DNA from: Bilabrum cf. latius
Lineage: Eukaryota
Length of the DNA: 64,000 nt
Assembly (NCBI GenBank): GCA_965178125.1
Contig: OZ237751.1
Span: 248,001-312,000, forward strand
Direction: 5' to 3'
The position numbers and the translations under genes were made by a program. Below, piece by piece: positions 38,401 to 48,099 of this stretch. Every line of letters begins with the position of its first letter. The stretch's first letter is position 1. The notes below the pieces were generated by a model. That model had not been told where the DNA came from. It made no database searches and saw only the letters and a list, made by a program, of their open reading frames with translations.

Positions 38401-39019
38401 CGGCCAGGCCCCGCTGGACCTGCTCATCGGCGCCGCGGACTACAACACAGGCAACGGCAAGCTATACATGTGCGTGCTGAACCAGTCCAGCCGCCAAGTC
38501 ACATCGCACGTCGAGGTGTCCAACGGACAGGGCGGGCTGCCTGCATCTACCTACGCCAGCGGCGATGTGTTCGGCAGCTCCGTGGCGGGCGTGCTGCATC
38601 CGGTGTACGACGGCGGCGATCGCGTGGTGTACGTGGGTGCACGACATCGTGGGACACAGCAAGTGGGCTCTGTGTTCGCCATGACTGTGCGGGGCAGTGC
38701 AGGTGGAGAATCGACCCAGACCGGTCAACATGGCGTGTCCCACGCTGGTGAAACTCGGCTCCAGGGGATGTCTACGGTAGAATCGACACAGTCTGTGGAT
38801 CCTAATGGTGTTGGATCGCTGTACCAGAGCGAGAGTGCACCATCGGTTGATTCCGATTCTACCGCGAGATTGGGCACAGTCAGTATGACAAGCATCGTGC
38901 TGATCGCGGCAGCTTGCGCCGTGTTGGCCGTGGCTGCGGTTCTTCTGGCTACCAGAGCTCGACATTCGCCACCGTCCAGCCGCCGTCAGGCGGACGCCGT
39001 GAGTACAGCTGCAGTCTAA
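32492..39019 (+). CDS. 2175-aa type I membrane surface protein with four FG-GAP/integrin-alpha-like beta-propeller modules and Ser/Thr/Pro mucin-like linkers
   Basis: Signal peptide MRTGVLVTVLVLAIY. Ca-binding DxDxDG-type motifs (GDWDGDGVADM, ADVDGDGLADVILGA, VDLDGQAPLDLLIGA) and FGSAVS/FGSSVA. C-terminal TM IVLIAAACAVLAVAAVLLA with a short tail. Ends at TAA; no in-frame TAG. Confidence 0.88.
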   Translation: MRTGVLVTVLVLAIYSKPTWCSAAPPSPSPAPFGSVRSVVELANGLNGVPADLVPASGQLGVSLISIGDWDGDGVADMAASAAWLNTAYVMLMHANQTVKRVVSCGPDAPGYGHAMPGAGQWWGHGLAFVGMEPLPGQPHVTGVRLLVTQFVNGHLYDLLLAPNGTFARSIKHSGADLVAVQGNDLTVAGRMGISVASADVDGDGLADVILGADSQFGAVGGVSILFADPADPFSFSHAVTISNGKSGLPAATIPAGSRMGYTVSWLGAWGDGTNALAIGGGPHEGANIVLLVGMHANGSVAWQQPIGSDTGGMPILSLSTLGFGSAVSAVDLDGQAPLDLLIGAADYNTGNGKLYMCVLNQSSRQVTSHVEVSNGQGGLPASTYASGDVFGSSVAGVLHPVYDGGDRVVYVGARHRGTQQVGSVFAMTVRGSTVVAASPSPSPTPSTSPSPSVTPSPSTTPSPSPSPAPFGSVRSVVELANGLNGVPADLVPASGQLGVSLISIGDWDGDGVADMAASAAWLNTAYVMLMHANQTVKRVVSCGPDAPGYGHAMPGGGQWWGHGLALVGMEPLPGQPHVTGVRLLVTQFVNGHLYDLLLAPNGTFARSIKHSGADLVAVQGNDLTVAGRMGISVASADVDGDGLADVILGADSQFGAVGGVSILFADPADPFSFSHAVTISNGKSGLPAATIPAGSRMGYTVSWLGAWGDGTNTLAIGGGPHEGANIVLLVGMHANGSVAWQQPIGSDTGGMPILSLSTLGFGSAVSAVDLDGQAPLDLLIGAADYNTGNGKLYMCVLNQSSRQVTSHVEVSNGQGGLPASTYASGDVFGSSVAGVLHPVYDGGDRVVYVGARHRGTQQVGSVFAMTVRGSNVASASATPTPSSTPTPSPTASLSPSTSPTPSNSATPSTSPTPSNSASPSTSPTPSNSASPSTSPTPSNSATPSTSPTPSNSATPSTSPTPSNSASPSTSPTPSNSASPSTSPTPSNSASPSTSPTPSNSATPSTSPTPSNSASPSTSPTPSNSATPSTSPTPSNSATPSTSPTPSNSASPSTSPTPSNSASPSTSPTPSNSATPSTSPTPSNSATPSTSPTPSNSATPSTSPTPSNSASPSTSPTPSNSATPSTSPTPSNSATPSTSPTPSNSASPSTSPTPSNSATPSTSPTPSNSASPSTSPTPSNSATPSTSPTPSNSATPSTSPTPSNSATPSTSPTPSNSASPSATPSPSSAPFGSVRSVVELANGLNGVPADLVPASGQLGVSLISIGDWDGDGVADMAASAAWLNTAYVMLMHANQTVKRVVSCGPDAPGYGHAMPGAGQWWGHGLAFVGMEPLPGQPHVTGVRLLVTQFVNGHLYDLLLAPNGTFARSIKHSGTDLVAVQGNDLTVAGRMGISVASADVDGDGLADVILGADSQFGAVGGVSILFADPADPFSFSHAVTISNGKSGLPAATIPAGSRMGYTVSWLGAWGDGTNALAIGGGPHEGANIVLLVGMHANGSVAWQQPIGSDTGGMPILSLSTLGFGSAVSAVDLDGQAPLDLLIGAADYNTGNGKLYMCVLNQSSRQVTSHVEVSNGQGGLPASTYASGDVFGSSVAGVLHPVYDGGDRVVYVGARHRGTQQVGSVFAMTVRGSTVVAASPSPSPTPSTSPSPSVTPSPSTTPSPSPSPAPFGSVRSVVELANGLNGVPADLVPASGQLGVSLISIGDWDGDGVADMAASAAWLNTAYVMLMHANQTVKRVVSCGPDAPGYGHAMPGAGQWWGHGLAFVGMEPLPGQPHVTGVRLLVTQFVNGHLYDLLLAPNGTFARSIKHSGTDLVAVQGNDLTVAGRMGISVASADVDGDGLADVILGADSQFGAVGGVSILFADPADPFSFSHAVTISNGKSGLPAATIPAGSRMGYTVSWLGAWGDGTNTLAIGGGPHEGANIVLLVGMHANGSVAWQQPIGSDTGGMPILSLSTLGFGSAVSAVDLDGQAPLDLLIGAADYNTGNGKLYMCVLNQSSRQVTSHVEVSNGQGGLPASTYASGDVFGSSVAGVLHPVYDGGDRVVYVGARHRGTQQVGSVFAMTVRGSAGGESTQTGQHGVSHAGETRLQGMSTVESTQSVDPNGVGSLYQSESAPSVDSDSTARLGTVSMTSIVLIAAACAVLAVAAVLLATRARHSPPSSRRQADAVSTAAV
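32570..38696 (+). repeat. Four near-identical ~1.22-kb coding modules (about 32570-33790, 33884-35104, 36164-37384, 37478-38696)
   Basis: Offsets are 1314 bp (module 1 to 2 and 3 to 4) and 3594 bp (1 to 3). Only a handful of substitutions separate the copies. Confidence 0.95.
35177..36148 (+). repeat. Coding minisatellite: about 27 x 36 bp encoding PSTSPTPSNSA(T/S)
   Basis: Unit CCAAGTACCAGCCCCACGCCCAGCAACTCGGCC(A/T)CA. Units differ almost only at the ACA/TCA codon. Confidence 0.95.
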
Positions 39020-39619
39020 GGCTTGTCGAGCTCCCGATTGAATTGGTCATCAATTGATTCATTCACGTCACTGATGCGACGTGCTTGATTCGCATGCGCG
39101 TGCCCCACTCAGTTTTCCTCGTGTAGCTTGCTCCTGGCAAGTCGGGTTCCGCAGCGTGCCTTGGTATTGATGCCAATATGCATTTGCTATGCTTAATTCT
39201 ACACGCGAACCACATCCATTGATCAACTGGTCAACTATCTATGTGCCGCGGCGCGCCCAGACCTCTCCCACCAGTGGAAGACTCCCCCTCACCATCGATC
39301 GAATAGGAGCAAGGCCGTTTACATCCATACTGATCTGGCGGATACCACTAGTAGTAGTTGCTCTTGTGGACGCAACTTGAACCAAAGATTCCGCGTTGCA
39401 TTGAAATCTAAATTTTCGAGCAATCCTAGCGGGTGGCGGCTTTTCCAGTTGGCTTCCACCTGGCAACACTACTATTGCTTGCACCGCAGAGCCTTACGCT
39501 GATTAATCCTACTAGTAGTTTGCCAATAGTTGTGGCCGACACACGCTCAAGTTGCAGTATACTCAGTGTCGCGATCAACATGATGGACTGAGTAGACGCG
39601 AAAATTATTGCAACTTAAC

Positions 39620-39661
39620 GATAGCTGTCGTTCAATGTTCGATAGCTGTCGTTCAATGTTC
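39620..39661 (+). repeat. Perfect 21-bp tandem duplication in intergenic DNA
   Basis: GATAGCTGTCGTTCAATGTTC occurs twice in tandem. Confidence 0.85.
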
Positions 39662-39964
39662 AATGACAGCATTACAACGAAAGCACCGGTCAACGCATGA
39701 TTGACTGCTGCAAAACGAGAGTGCCCCATACAAGAAAATCAAAAAAATAGACGGGACCAAAACGGGACTTCTCGTTTTTCCAGCGTCGTGGACGAACATG
39801 ATGTGGCTATCATTCGCCATTAGAAATTTACTGTACTAGCTAGTAATCCTGTCAATGAACGATGCGTTTCGCACGATGGTGGAGGTTCGGTCCGGTTCCG
39901 AGTTGATGAGAAGCCATAAATTTGTCATAGTACAGTTTCGCACAAGCTGCTGCGTCTTCTGTCA

Positions 39965-42061
39965 ATGGAATCAAGCTGCCTTGATAATGTTATTTGCCAG
40001 ACGTGGGCTGCGAAAGCATTTACGCCTGGGCTGTTCAAGACCCCCATCGGAACTATGGAGACTGCTGCGTGGCGGCCAGCTAAACAAGTTGCAGATAGAT
40101 CTCCTTGCGTAAACGCTGTCACCATGACTTACAATTCAGAGCATTATAAACGTAAGAGACCCGCTTCCACTGCTCCAGCGGGGTCAGGACCGAAAGTTGT
40201 CGCGGTTGATGATCTCGGTGGTGCTGCAGTCGTACCGTAGGCTGAGGTGATTCGAGCATTCGACCCCAGTCGCTTCAACTTCCGGAAAGCTAGTGTGAAT
40301 GAGCATATGTTGTACATTGGGCGCGATCGATAGCACGTGCTGTTGCCAAACGTGTCGCCGATCATGCCAATGCATTCATTGCTGGTACCGTCCTGGCGAA
40401 ATGGCCTCGCGCAGAGGCTCAACTTTGCGGCTGCTCATGCTGCACTGCAGCTCCTGTGCTTACCAGTAGTGATAACTCACCCAAAACAGTATCGTGACGA
40501 GCCGACACCGGTGGAGCCTAGGCCGGTAGCCATGCAAAGAATCGCACTGGCAGCCAGCCGCCGCCTCTTGTTCAACTCGCTGTGCGCGTACTCCTCCGTG
40601 AACCACATGCACTTTCACCTCGTGTATGCGTGCGAGATGGCTCGCTCCAGAGCGGGCTTTCCTTCTGATGGGACCGCTGCACCGACACGTGCCAGCGAAG
40701 CGGGTACCAAAGCTGTGGAACACCCACGAGGCCCGGAGAAGGATGCAACCCTCGAGTCGTGTGAAAAGCACGACGCACCGGTGTATACCTACAGGCCCTC
40801 AACCGGCACCCATATCCTCCCGATCGAGCGAGCGAGTCCCAGGGTGATCGCGAAGAGGAGCCTCACGAGACGGAGCACTTGCTCGGGGGCGAGCGTCTGC
40901 ATCGAGCTTGCCCTCGGTGTGACGAGCACGGCCGACTGGCCCCTCCCTTCCCTGGTGCTCCTTGCACGCCCCGTTCCGGTGTCCACGCGCCGGTCGACAC
41001 CGCTTGCACCGGGGACATCGGAGACAGGGCTGGCGGCGCCGCCTCTTGGGTGCGGTCCCGGTCCGTCGCTTGGGTCCGAGAGCGGAGCGAGGGGGTCAGA
41101 GGGGGGGGCAGCGGGGAATGCTGCAGGGGGGGCTGCAAGAAGTCATGAAGGGGGGGCAGGGTCTGGTGCTGCAGTGGAAGTCGTCTCTGGTTGTGCCGAC
41201 GAGTGGCCCATCGATCCGTCTGCCCCCATTCTAGAGGTAGAGGTAGTGGCATCCAGTGCAGGGGCAGGGCCAGCATCATCAGGCTCGGGTGGAGGCACTG
41301 GCAATGGCAGCGGAGCTGCCCGTGTTCAGAAGGCAGGTGCTCATGATGCGGGAGAGGCTGGCTTCGCTTCGGCCGAGTCGTCGCGGTCCGGTGGATGGGA
41401 AGTTGCCGCCAGATCTCTATCCGAGTGGGTTGGTGCGGTGGCAGGCGCGCTGGGGGAGGCAGGGGTGGCTCACAACGTGCTGATGGCAGGGCCTCAGGCA
41501 CCGCTTGCCCCGCTGCAGGCCAAGGACAAGGGCAAGGACAAGGACAAGGGCAAGGGCAAGGACAAGGACAAGGACAAGGGCAAGGACAAGGACAAGGGCA
41601 AGGGCGCCAGTTCCGCAAAGCTCATTTCGTCGGGTGAACAAACCGGCAGTGGTGGGGAGAGGGATTCGACCCTCGGGGAGCTTAAATCGTCGGAGTTCCG
41701 CGGGGCAACTGCTGCTGCCAGGGGGTCTACAGGCCCGACTGAGGGCGGCGGTACGGGCGATGGCAGCGTCGATGCTGTTTGGTGGCACGGGGAGGGGAGC
41801 GGCTGGGCGCGCGCTCACATCATGCTGCGGAGGCCTCAGCTAGGAAGCGATGACACGCAAGCTCGTGGAATGGCGGTGGCGGTGGCAGAGGGGGTGGGTC
41901 TCGCCATCGCGAACCGGCCTGATGCAGCGGACGGCAGCCTGGTGGGCTGGGGAGACGTCGGCGAGGCAGTCGAGCGCCTGCTCGGAGAGGCTGCGCTTCC
42001 CGCCAGCATGGTGGGCGAGTGGGCTGGGAAGGCAGCAGTGCTACTTGAACTGCTCAAGTAA
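39965..42061 (+). CDS. GDPGP1: GDP-D-glucose phosphorylase 1 / VTC2-like HIT-family protein
   Basis: YNSEHYKRKRP, FDPSRFNFRK, LLPNVSPIMPMHSLLVP, LAQRL, FNSLCAYSSVNHMHFH (HIT motif), AHNVLM. In-frame TAGs at 40238 and 40331; ends at TAA 42059-42061. Low-complexity (KD/KG)n tract at about 41521-41605. Confidence 0.8.
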
Positions 42062-42151
42062 TCTCCAGGGTCGTCGTCGGCATTAGATCTAGGCCTAGGC
42101 CTAGGTCCAACCTGATTTCGGTTCCGAGTCATTCAACCCAGAACACCAAAA

Positions 42152-45100
42152 ATGAACTTCAAACTGAAATTTTGCCGTGCCACGCCTAGTTTATGCACTG
42201 CAACGGAGAATATGCAATGTATTCAACCCGATGTATCCTTGACGACTCGCGGCGGAGCCATTTGCGATGTGTTTAGCGACCACTGGGTGCAAAGAGTTGT
42301 TGGAATCGGCCAGACCGAACTGCTTGCTGCCATTGACGCATTGGAGCCACGCGAATCGGGTACGAGTGATCAGGATAAGGATACAGCAGGAATCAGCAGC
42401 AGCGAGGCGTTGATTCGCGTAAAGACCTTTTGCGAACGTGTGTGCCAAGAAGACACCGTTCCTGCTGTCTTGGCAGGTCAAGCCGTCGCCGCACTGTGCG
42501 CAATCAGCAAATGTAGACCAGCTACAATATCATCTGCGCATTCCATATTTGCTCGTCTCGCTGGCGAGCTTGCACAAGTTGCATACGGCGCTGCTGGCGG
42601 CTCGCAGCAAGATCGCATTCTCACAGCGTGCGCTTGCGTAGCCATTGCGCACCCAAGCCTTTTACTGGCTGTGCAGCCAGCAGCCATATACGAAGACTCC
42701 ATCGAGATTCGAATGACTAAGGGCGCTATCTAGGCGGATGGATACGACGCGGTAGAAGGCGAGCCCTCAAGCGGAGAGCCGACTGGAAGCGAAGACGGCT
42801 CAGGCTTTGAGAATTCTGACAGCGACGATTGCACCGACTCTGACGATAAAGACTCAACTTTGCCGTTTCATGGACCCCGCTTGGCGATCAAAATGTGCCA
42901 GGCGGTGCAGCGGGGCTTCTCCTCGGCTGCTACTAGCTGGCCTGCCCCTGCGGCGCGCCGGCTGAAGTCTCGCGGCTCGAGCAGATCCACTAGCAGAGCC
43001 CGCATGGCCGGCGCCTTGCAGCCATCATCTATGCCGGCATCATCTATGCCGACATCATCATCATTATCGCCGTGCAGAGCGCGGTCGCATCTTGCCAAGT
43101 GCAGGTGGCTGAGATCGATGGGCGCGGCACTGAAAAGTGTGTGCCGGATCGCGCTGTCCAGGCGGAGTCATGGGGTGGAACTGGCCTTCCCGTTGCGAGT
43201 GTCCGAGGCTGACGCTGTGCACCACGCTCTGCTGCAGGCCGTGCTTAAGGGGCTGCGGGTGCTGCGACCTGATCCGTAGAAGCACGAAGGGAGACCGGCA
43301 GCTGCAGCGAGCGAGCAAGGCACAGCACCATCGAGAGCACAAACTGACGGCACGCCCAGCAGCAGCGCTGCGGAACACGAGGACGGCTCAATGGTTTCGA
43401 TCGACCTCTTGGTAGACACAATAGAGGATCTGAGAAGCCTAGGGGGTAGCGAAAGGAACGCAGCTGACGATTCGGCCGGCTCGGCAAAGCACAACGCTGC
43501 AGCTGCTGCTGCGGCTGCCTTGCCAACGTCGGTCGTACGTCGCAGCACGCCCGCCATTATCGCCGCCTAGCAGGATGTATCCCGACATTCAGACGCTATT
43601 TCGTCTCTTCGAGACCAAATAAATTCCCATGAGCTTGCGATAGAAGCGCTTCAAGCAGGAATACAGGAGGAATCTGCTTCGATCGAGCGCGCCGTCATGG
43701 CAGACTGGCAGTGCACGCGAGAGGCTGCCGTTCGCGAAACTTACTCGCCCGTGCCAGATCGGCGCGCCTGCTCCGACCAATTGTTGAGTGACCCATCCTC
43801 CGGACCGGCAGAGGGGGATCTCGCTCGTGCCACATTAGATCCAGATGTACCAGCTGCCGCAGCCTCGCCAGAGCTTCGCCAGCCTATGTAGCGACCTGCA
43901 GCCAGAGACCCTCAGGCTGCTTTCGACTAGGCTCGCCACATCGTGGCCCTCTCGATCGATGATACAAACAAGCGCACCAAGGCAGTGAAGCAAGCATGCC
44001 ATCAGTTTCTGCAGGACGCCATTTCGGCAGCCAGGGCGGTTCCGGCGGCGATTCAGCGAGCCGCTGCAGAGAAGCAACTCGACGGGCCCGGTGAACGCGA
44101 ACACGGGGCTGGCACTTGTGACCCTGGCCAAAGTGCACATTCTGCGATCCATTCTGGGATCCCTTCGCCGCGTCTGTTGTCCGGGCACGGTTTCGCAGGG
44201 GGCGCCAAGCTTGTGGACGAGCACCGTGGGCTGTTTCTCAAGACGCCCGACGACTCTCACGGCATCTACGGGAGCCTCGTGATGGCTGGCAAGGTCATGA
44301 AGCTGGAAGCAAAAGCATCAGAGGCTGTGCATGACATGGCTTCTGCGCACATCAGCGCCCCCCTTACGGTGGTATTGGACGTGCCCTGCAGCTCCAATGC
44401 GACGGGACAGACGCAGCGAGTGCAGGTCTAGGCCAAGCTACCGGTGGTACCGTCCACGCTGCGCATCGGATCTCCGGACGGAGGAAGGACCGTTCACATT
44501 GATCGATATCAGGGCGACTAGGTGGTAAAGCCACTAGCCCAGTGGTTTCACCTCGCTCCAATGCGACTTGCAGGGGTGCGCAGAACGAACAGGCACCAGT
44601 ACCAAAGTGGCAATCCTTTTTCGGGAGATGAGGATGATGATAGCACCGATGGAAGTAGAGGAAGGAGTAGGAAATCGACTGGCTCTTGGAAATGGAACAG
44701 GCCGGGGCAGACGTGCGCGACATCTGCGGCGCGTATGAAGCAGCTGCCAGGCTGCCGTTGGACATGGGCATCGAGCACCTCGTGTGGCGGTCGTCCGCGA
44801 AGCTGGACGAGGTGGTCAAGTTGGTCGAGGTTTCGAAGGAGTATCGGATCGCAAAACACGTGGAGTCTGTGCAAACGTTAGAAGACAAAAAACCTGGTGG
44901 CGCTACCACTCTACGTTCTGGCGACGCGCCGCGCGGCAGCTTCGGTGGGTAGAGGGCGCCAATTCGCTCGGCCTTGCACAGAAGCGACACGGTAGCTTCG
45001 TCCGCTGCTGTGGAACACCAACTACCGTTTGATGTGGAAGTGCACCAGCTGCCAACCGGTCAGCGCATGGTACTGGACACGCACCGGCTGCTGATGCCAG

Positions 45101-46920
45101 ACCAATCATGGATCCAATGGATGAAGCAAGACCCGGCAGCGCACCCAAGGGTGTGGGTGTTGTGTCGCACACCACAGGCAGCCGAGTCCCACAAAAGCTT
45201 GGTGCGCTATGCTGGACAGTTTACTCGTCATGTAACCTGGCCAGAGTGGATCTCGTCGACGCCAGGGGCCAGAGACAGCAGAATCTCGGAGATTCTTGCA
45301 CAGGCAATGTCAGTGTGTGTGAACGCTGGAATACTGGACACCAGAGGCCAGTTTGAGCTGCACTCGCTACACATTGGGGCTGGATGCGCTCTGCTGCGCT
45401 CCAAAGCCTCGTCCGACTCCAAAAGAGAGCCACCGGTTCTGGCTGTTGTCTCCTGCCCGTCCTGGTATTGGGGCCGATGCTCCGCTCTTACTGTCCTGAT
45501 GCCTCCAGAAGCAGCCGCGATTGCCAGGCAGCTGAAAGATGCCGAGGGGCGCCCCCTCGGCCCAGTTGCACCAGACTGCATGCTGAAGGTGGGGAGCAAG
45601 GAGGCTCGGCCCCAGGCGCAAGCCCGACTGTTGCAGGTCACGGCTGCCCTGCAGTCACCAGATCGGCTGGCTGCCGCAGCCAGGGCCCTTGCTAGCATTG
45701 ATTCTGCAACTGCTAGTTCCGAGCAGACAGATGCAGCGGTGCCACCAATGGAGCTCTTCCGAGGCACAAGGTCCTAGGCAAAACGAGAGCTGCGGGCCCG
45801 CGGACTGTGCATGCGGCACTTGGGTTGCGTGCACGCAGCGGCAAGCGGCGATGGACTGCCACCATCGGTCATGTGGCCCTGTATTTTGCCCTCCAGGCAC
45901 AGTCCCAGTGGCTAGGCCCTCTGCAGCTGCATTGAGGCAGCAGCATCGGCAGTGGGATGCGGCGACAAGGGAGGTCTCGGCTCATCTCCGGCGACGTTGC
46001 GCGCGGGCGTTGTCGAATCAGCCGGGGCTGCAGTGTGCGTGAGTATCGCGCGTGCCTTTGCGGCCCGTGGTGTCAGCGTGCCGGCAGACATGCGCGCTAC
46101 TGAGCAAGTCAGTGCATGGAGGTCATTTGAGATCTGCATGCCGTCGAACCACGAGGTAGTTGGTTTGGCTGCAGCCCTCAGCGGTGGCCTCAGCCAGCGC
46201 GAGGCGGACGAGAGCGGTACTGATTGGAGCCACAAGGAGGGCGCCGTTTCCGAGGTGCTGCATGAACTGCGGCACGTGTAGCATGTGGGCGGCTCGGGCG
46301 AGGTGAAGCAGCAGCCTCACCTCGCCCGTCTCGGGAGCCGGGGAGCCGAGTACCGGTTGCTGGCACTGCGCGCTCTGGCTCGAGCTGGTGCCCTATGCAG
46401 CGCCATGCAGAAGGAAAACAAAGCTAGGGCACTTGCTGGCGAGACTATTCCAGCGAATTGCATCACAGCCCCCTCCTCCCAGCTGGGCCCCATGCAGTGC
46501 GACGAGGCCTCTGCCGTGGTGCTGGAGCTGTCTCCAGAGCAGGCGCAGTCCATCAACGCGGGTCGACTAGAGGAAGACATCATGGCTGGGGGCCAGCTGG
46601 TGCTCAACTACACGGTGGAGGGGTTCCGCCCCTCTGCGGGGACGTGGGAGCCCCTCCCCTTCGTGCACGGGGCCAGCGTGGGGTACCGCGTGGTGGATTT
46701 CTACGACGGCAGCGGCCCGGACGCGGGGGAGTTCAGCCCCGGTGGGGAGGCCTACGTGGGTCACGATGGGAAGGAGCTCAGCCGAGAGGCCGTCGGTGCT
46801 GGCGGGAGCCCTCCGCTCTCCGGGTTCACGAAGGTTCGCTTCCGCTGCACCGCGGCACGGCAGGAGCCCGTGCAGCTGAAGTGGTTTGGCCTGTACAGCG
46901 CTACCAGGCCGTCGGCCTGA
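42152..46920 (+). CDS. Clu-domain protein (paralogue A) with an apparent frameshift near 44641-44670 and a non-TPR C-terminal beta-sandwich domain
   Basis: Clu-like motifs GLFLKTPDDSHGIYGS..AGKVMKLEAKA, PLTVVLDV, RVQV(TAG)AKLP..TLRIGSPDGGRTVH, LPFDVEVHQLPTGQRMVLDTHRLLMP, ELRARGLCMRHLG. About 11-12 in-frame TAGs. The frame changes between ORFs 44522 and 44686. Ends at TGA. Confidence 0.65.
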
Positions 46921-47166
46921 GCGCCCCAGGTGGCAGGGGCGGCCTGCCTCTTGCCGCGCGCGCCAGCGCCCGCCCTTCTCTAGCGCTCTCCGCACCACTT
47001 CGTATCAGCACGGCCTAATGACTTTGATCCGCCAAACAAGCCGGAATTGTATGCTTGATTTAATTATATAGCTGTCGAGTTGTCGCTCCGATCGGAGTCG
47101 CTGAGGGGGCATTATTCGAACGGCAATTTCGCCACCTGGCACCCGACGCAGTTCATACAAATTGCC

Positions 47167-48099
47167 ATGGCTGCCTCGTCAGGCTCTGGAGGTTCGTACG
47201 CGGTATCTGCGGATGCAGCTCGACGAGCGCTAGATTGCAAGACCGAAGGGAATAGACGATTCAAGCTGAAAAAGTATCGAGCTGCGATAGAAAGTTACAC
47301 TGAGGCAGTTGTACTCGATCCACGGATGGTCTCTGGTTTTACAAATCGAGCAACATGCTATAGAAAGCTTGCGGAGCCATCAATGGCGGCAGCAGATGCC
47401 CGGAAAGCCATTGCGCTTGAACCGCTGAACGGGAAGGCCCACTACTTGCTCGGGGCGGCGCTGGCAGACTCCTCTAAATTAGATGAGGGCTTGGCAGAAC
47501 TAGAGCGGGCCGTAGAGCTATTGAAGCGCTCCAAAGCGTCCGGTGCCATCGTGGATCAATGCAGAGCCGAAATTGCCAAGCACTCCAAGAGGCGCATGGA
47601 AGAAAAGGAAGGCGGCACTCGGCTTCGCGAGTGCATGGCAATGGAAACAGTGCACTCGATAGCGCAGCAGCTTGTTCGCTTGCGATCCTCGGGCGAGAGG
47701 GCAGGAAGCGCCAGCGGAGGTGCCGCCTCGCGGGCTGCCAGTGGAGCGGGGCCTGACGAAGAGTCGATCTCGGCCGCTTTGAGCACGCTGCAGGCTGCAG
47801 TGGACGAGCGGGCGGCAGCCGTGGCCACCCGCGAGATCCCCGACTATCTCACCTGTGGCATCAGCATGGAACTCATGTCAGATCCCGTGGTCACTCCCGC
47901 GGGGCACTCGTACGAGCGCAGGCACATAGAGAGATACCTGAGGAACCACAAGCAGGAAGACCCGAGGACGAGGAAGCCACTCAGGGTATCGGACCTGCGC
48001 CCCAATCTGGCCCTCCGCGAGGCCATCGAGGAATTCGTCAAACGGAACCCGTGGGCTCTCAGCGAGATGGCGGGCGTGGCCGACCACGTGCACGGGTGA
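47167..48099 (+). CDS. STUB1: E3 ubiquitin ligase CHIP (TPR plus U-box)
   Basis: TPR region CKTEGNRRFKLKKYRAAIESYTEA...NRATCY...KAHYLLG. U-box IPDYLTCGISMELMSDPVVTPAGHSYER...DPRTRKPL...LRPNLALREAIEEF. Ends at TGA. Confidence 0.93.
   Translation: MAASSGSGGSYAVSADAARRALDCKTEGNRRFKLKKYRAAIESYTEAVVLDPRMVSGFTNRATCYRKLAEPSMAAADARKAIALEPLNGKAHYLLGAALADSSKLDEGLAELERAVELLKRSKASGAIVDQCRAEIAKHSKRRMEEKEGGTRLRECMAMETVHSIAQQLVRLRSSGERAGSASGGAASRAASGAGPDEESISAALSTLQAAVDERAAAVATREIPDYLTCGISMELMSDPVVTPAGHSYERRHIERYLRNHKQEDPRTRKPLRVSDLRPNLALREAIEEFVKRNPWALSEMAGVADHVHG

Noticed and set aside
39965-42061. Plant-type VTC2 (GDP-L-galactose phosphorylase) implying ascorbate synthesis
   Set aside because: The HIT motif is HMHFH, like GDPGP1, not the plant HLHFQ. 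Substrate cannot be inferred from the sequence alone.
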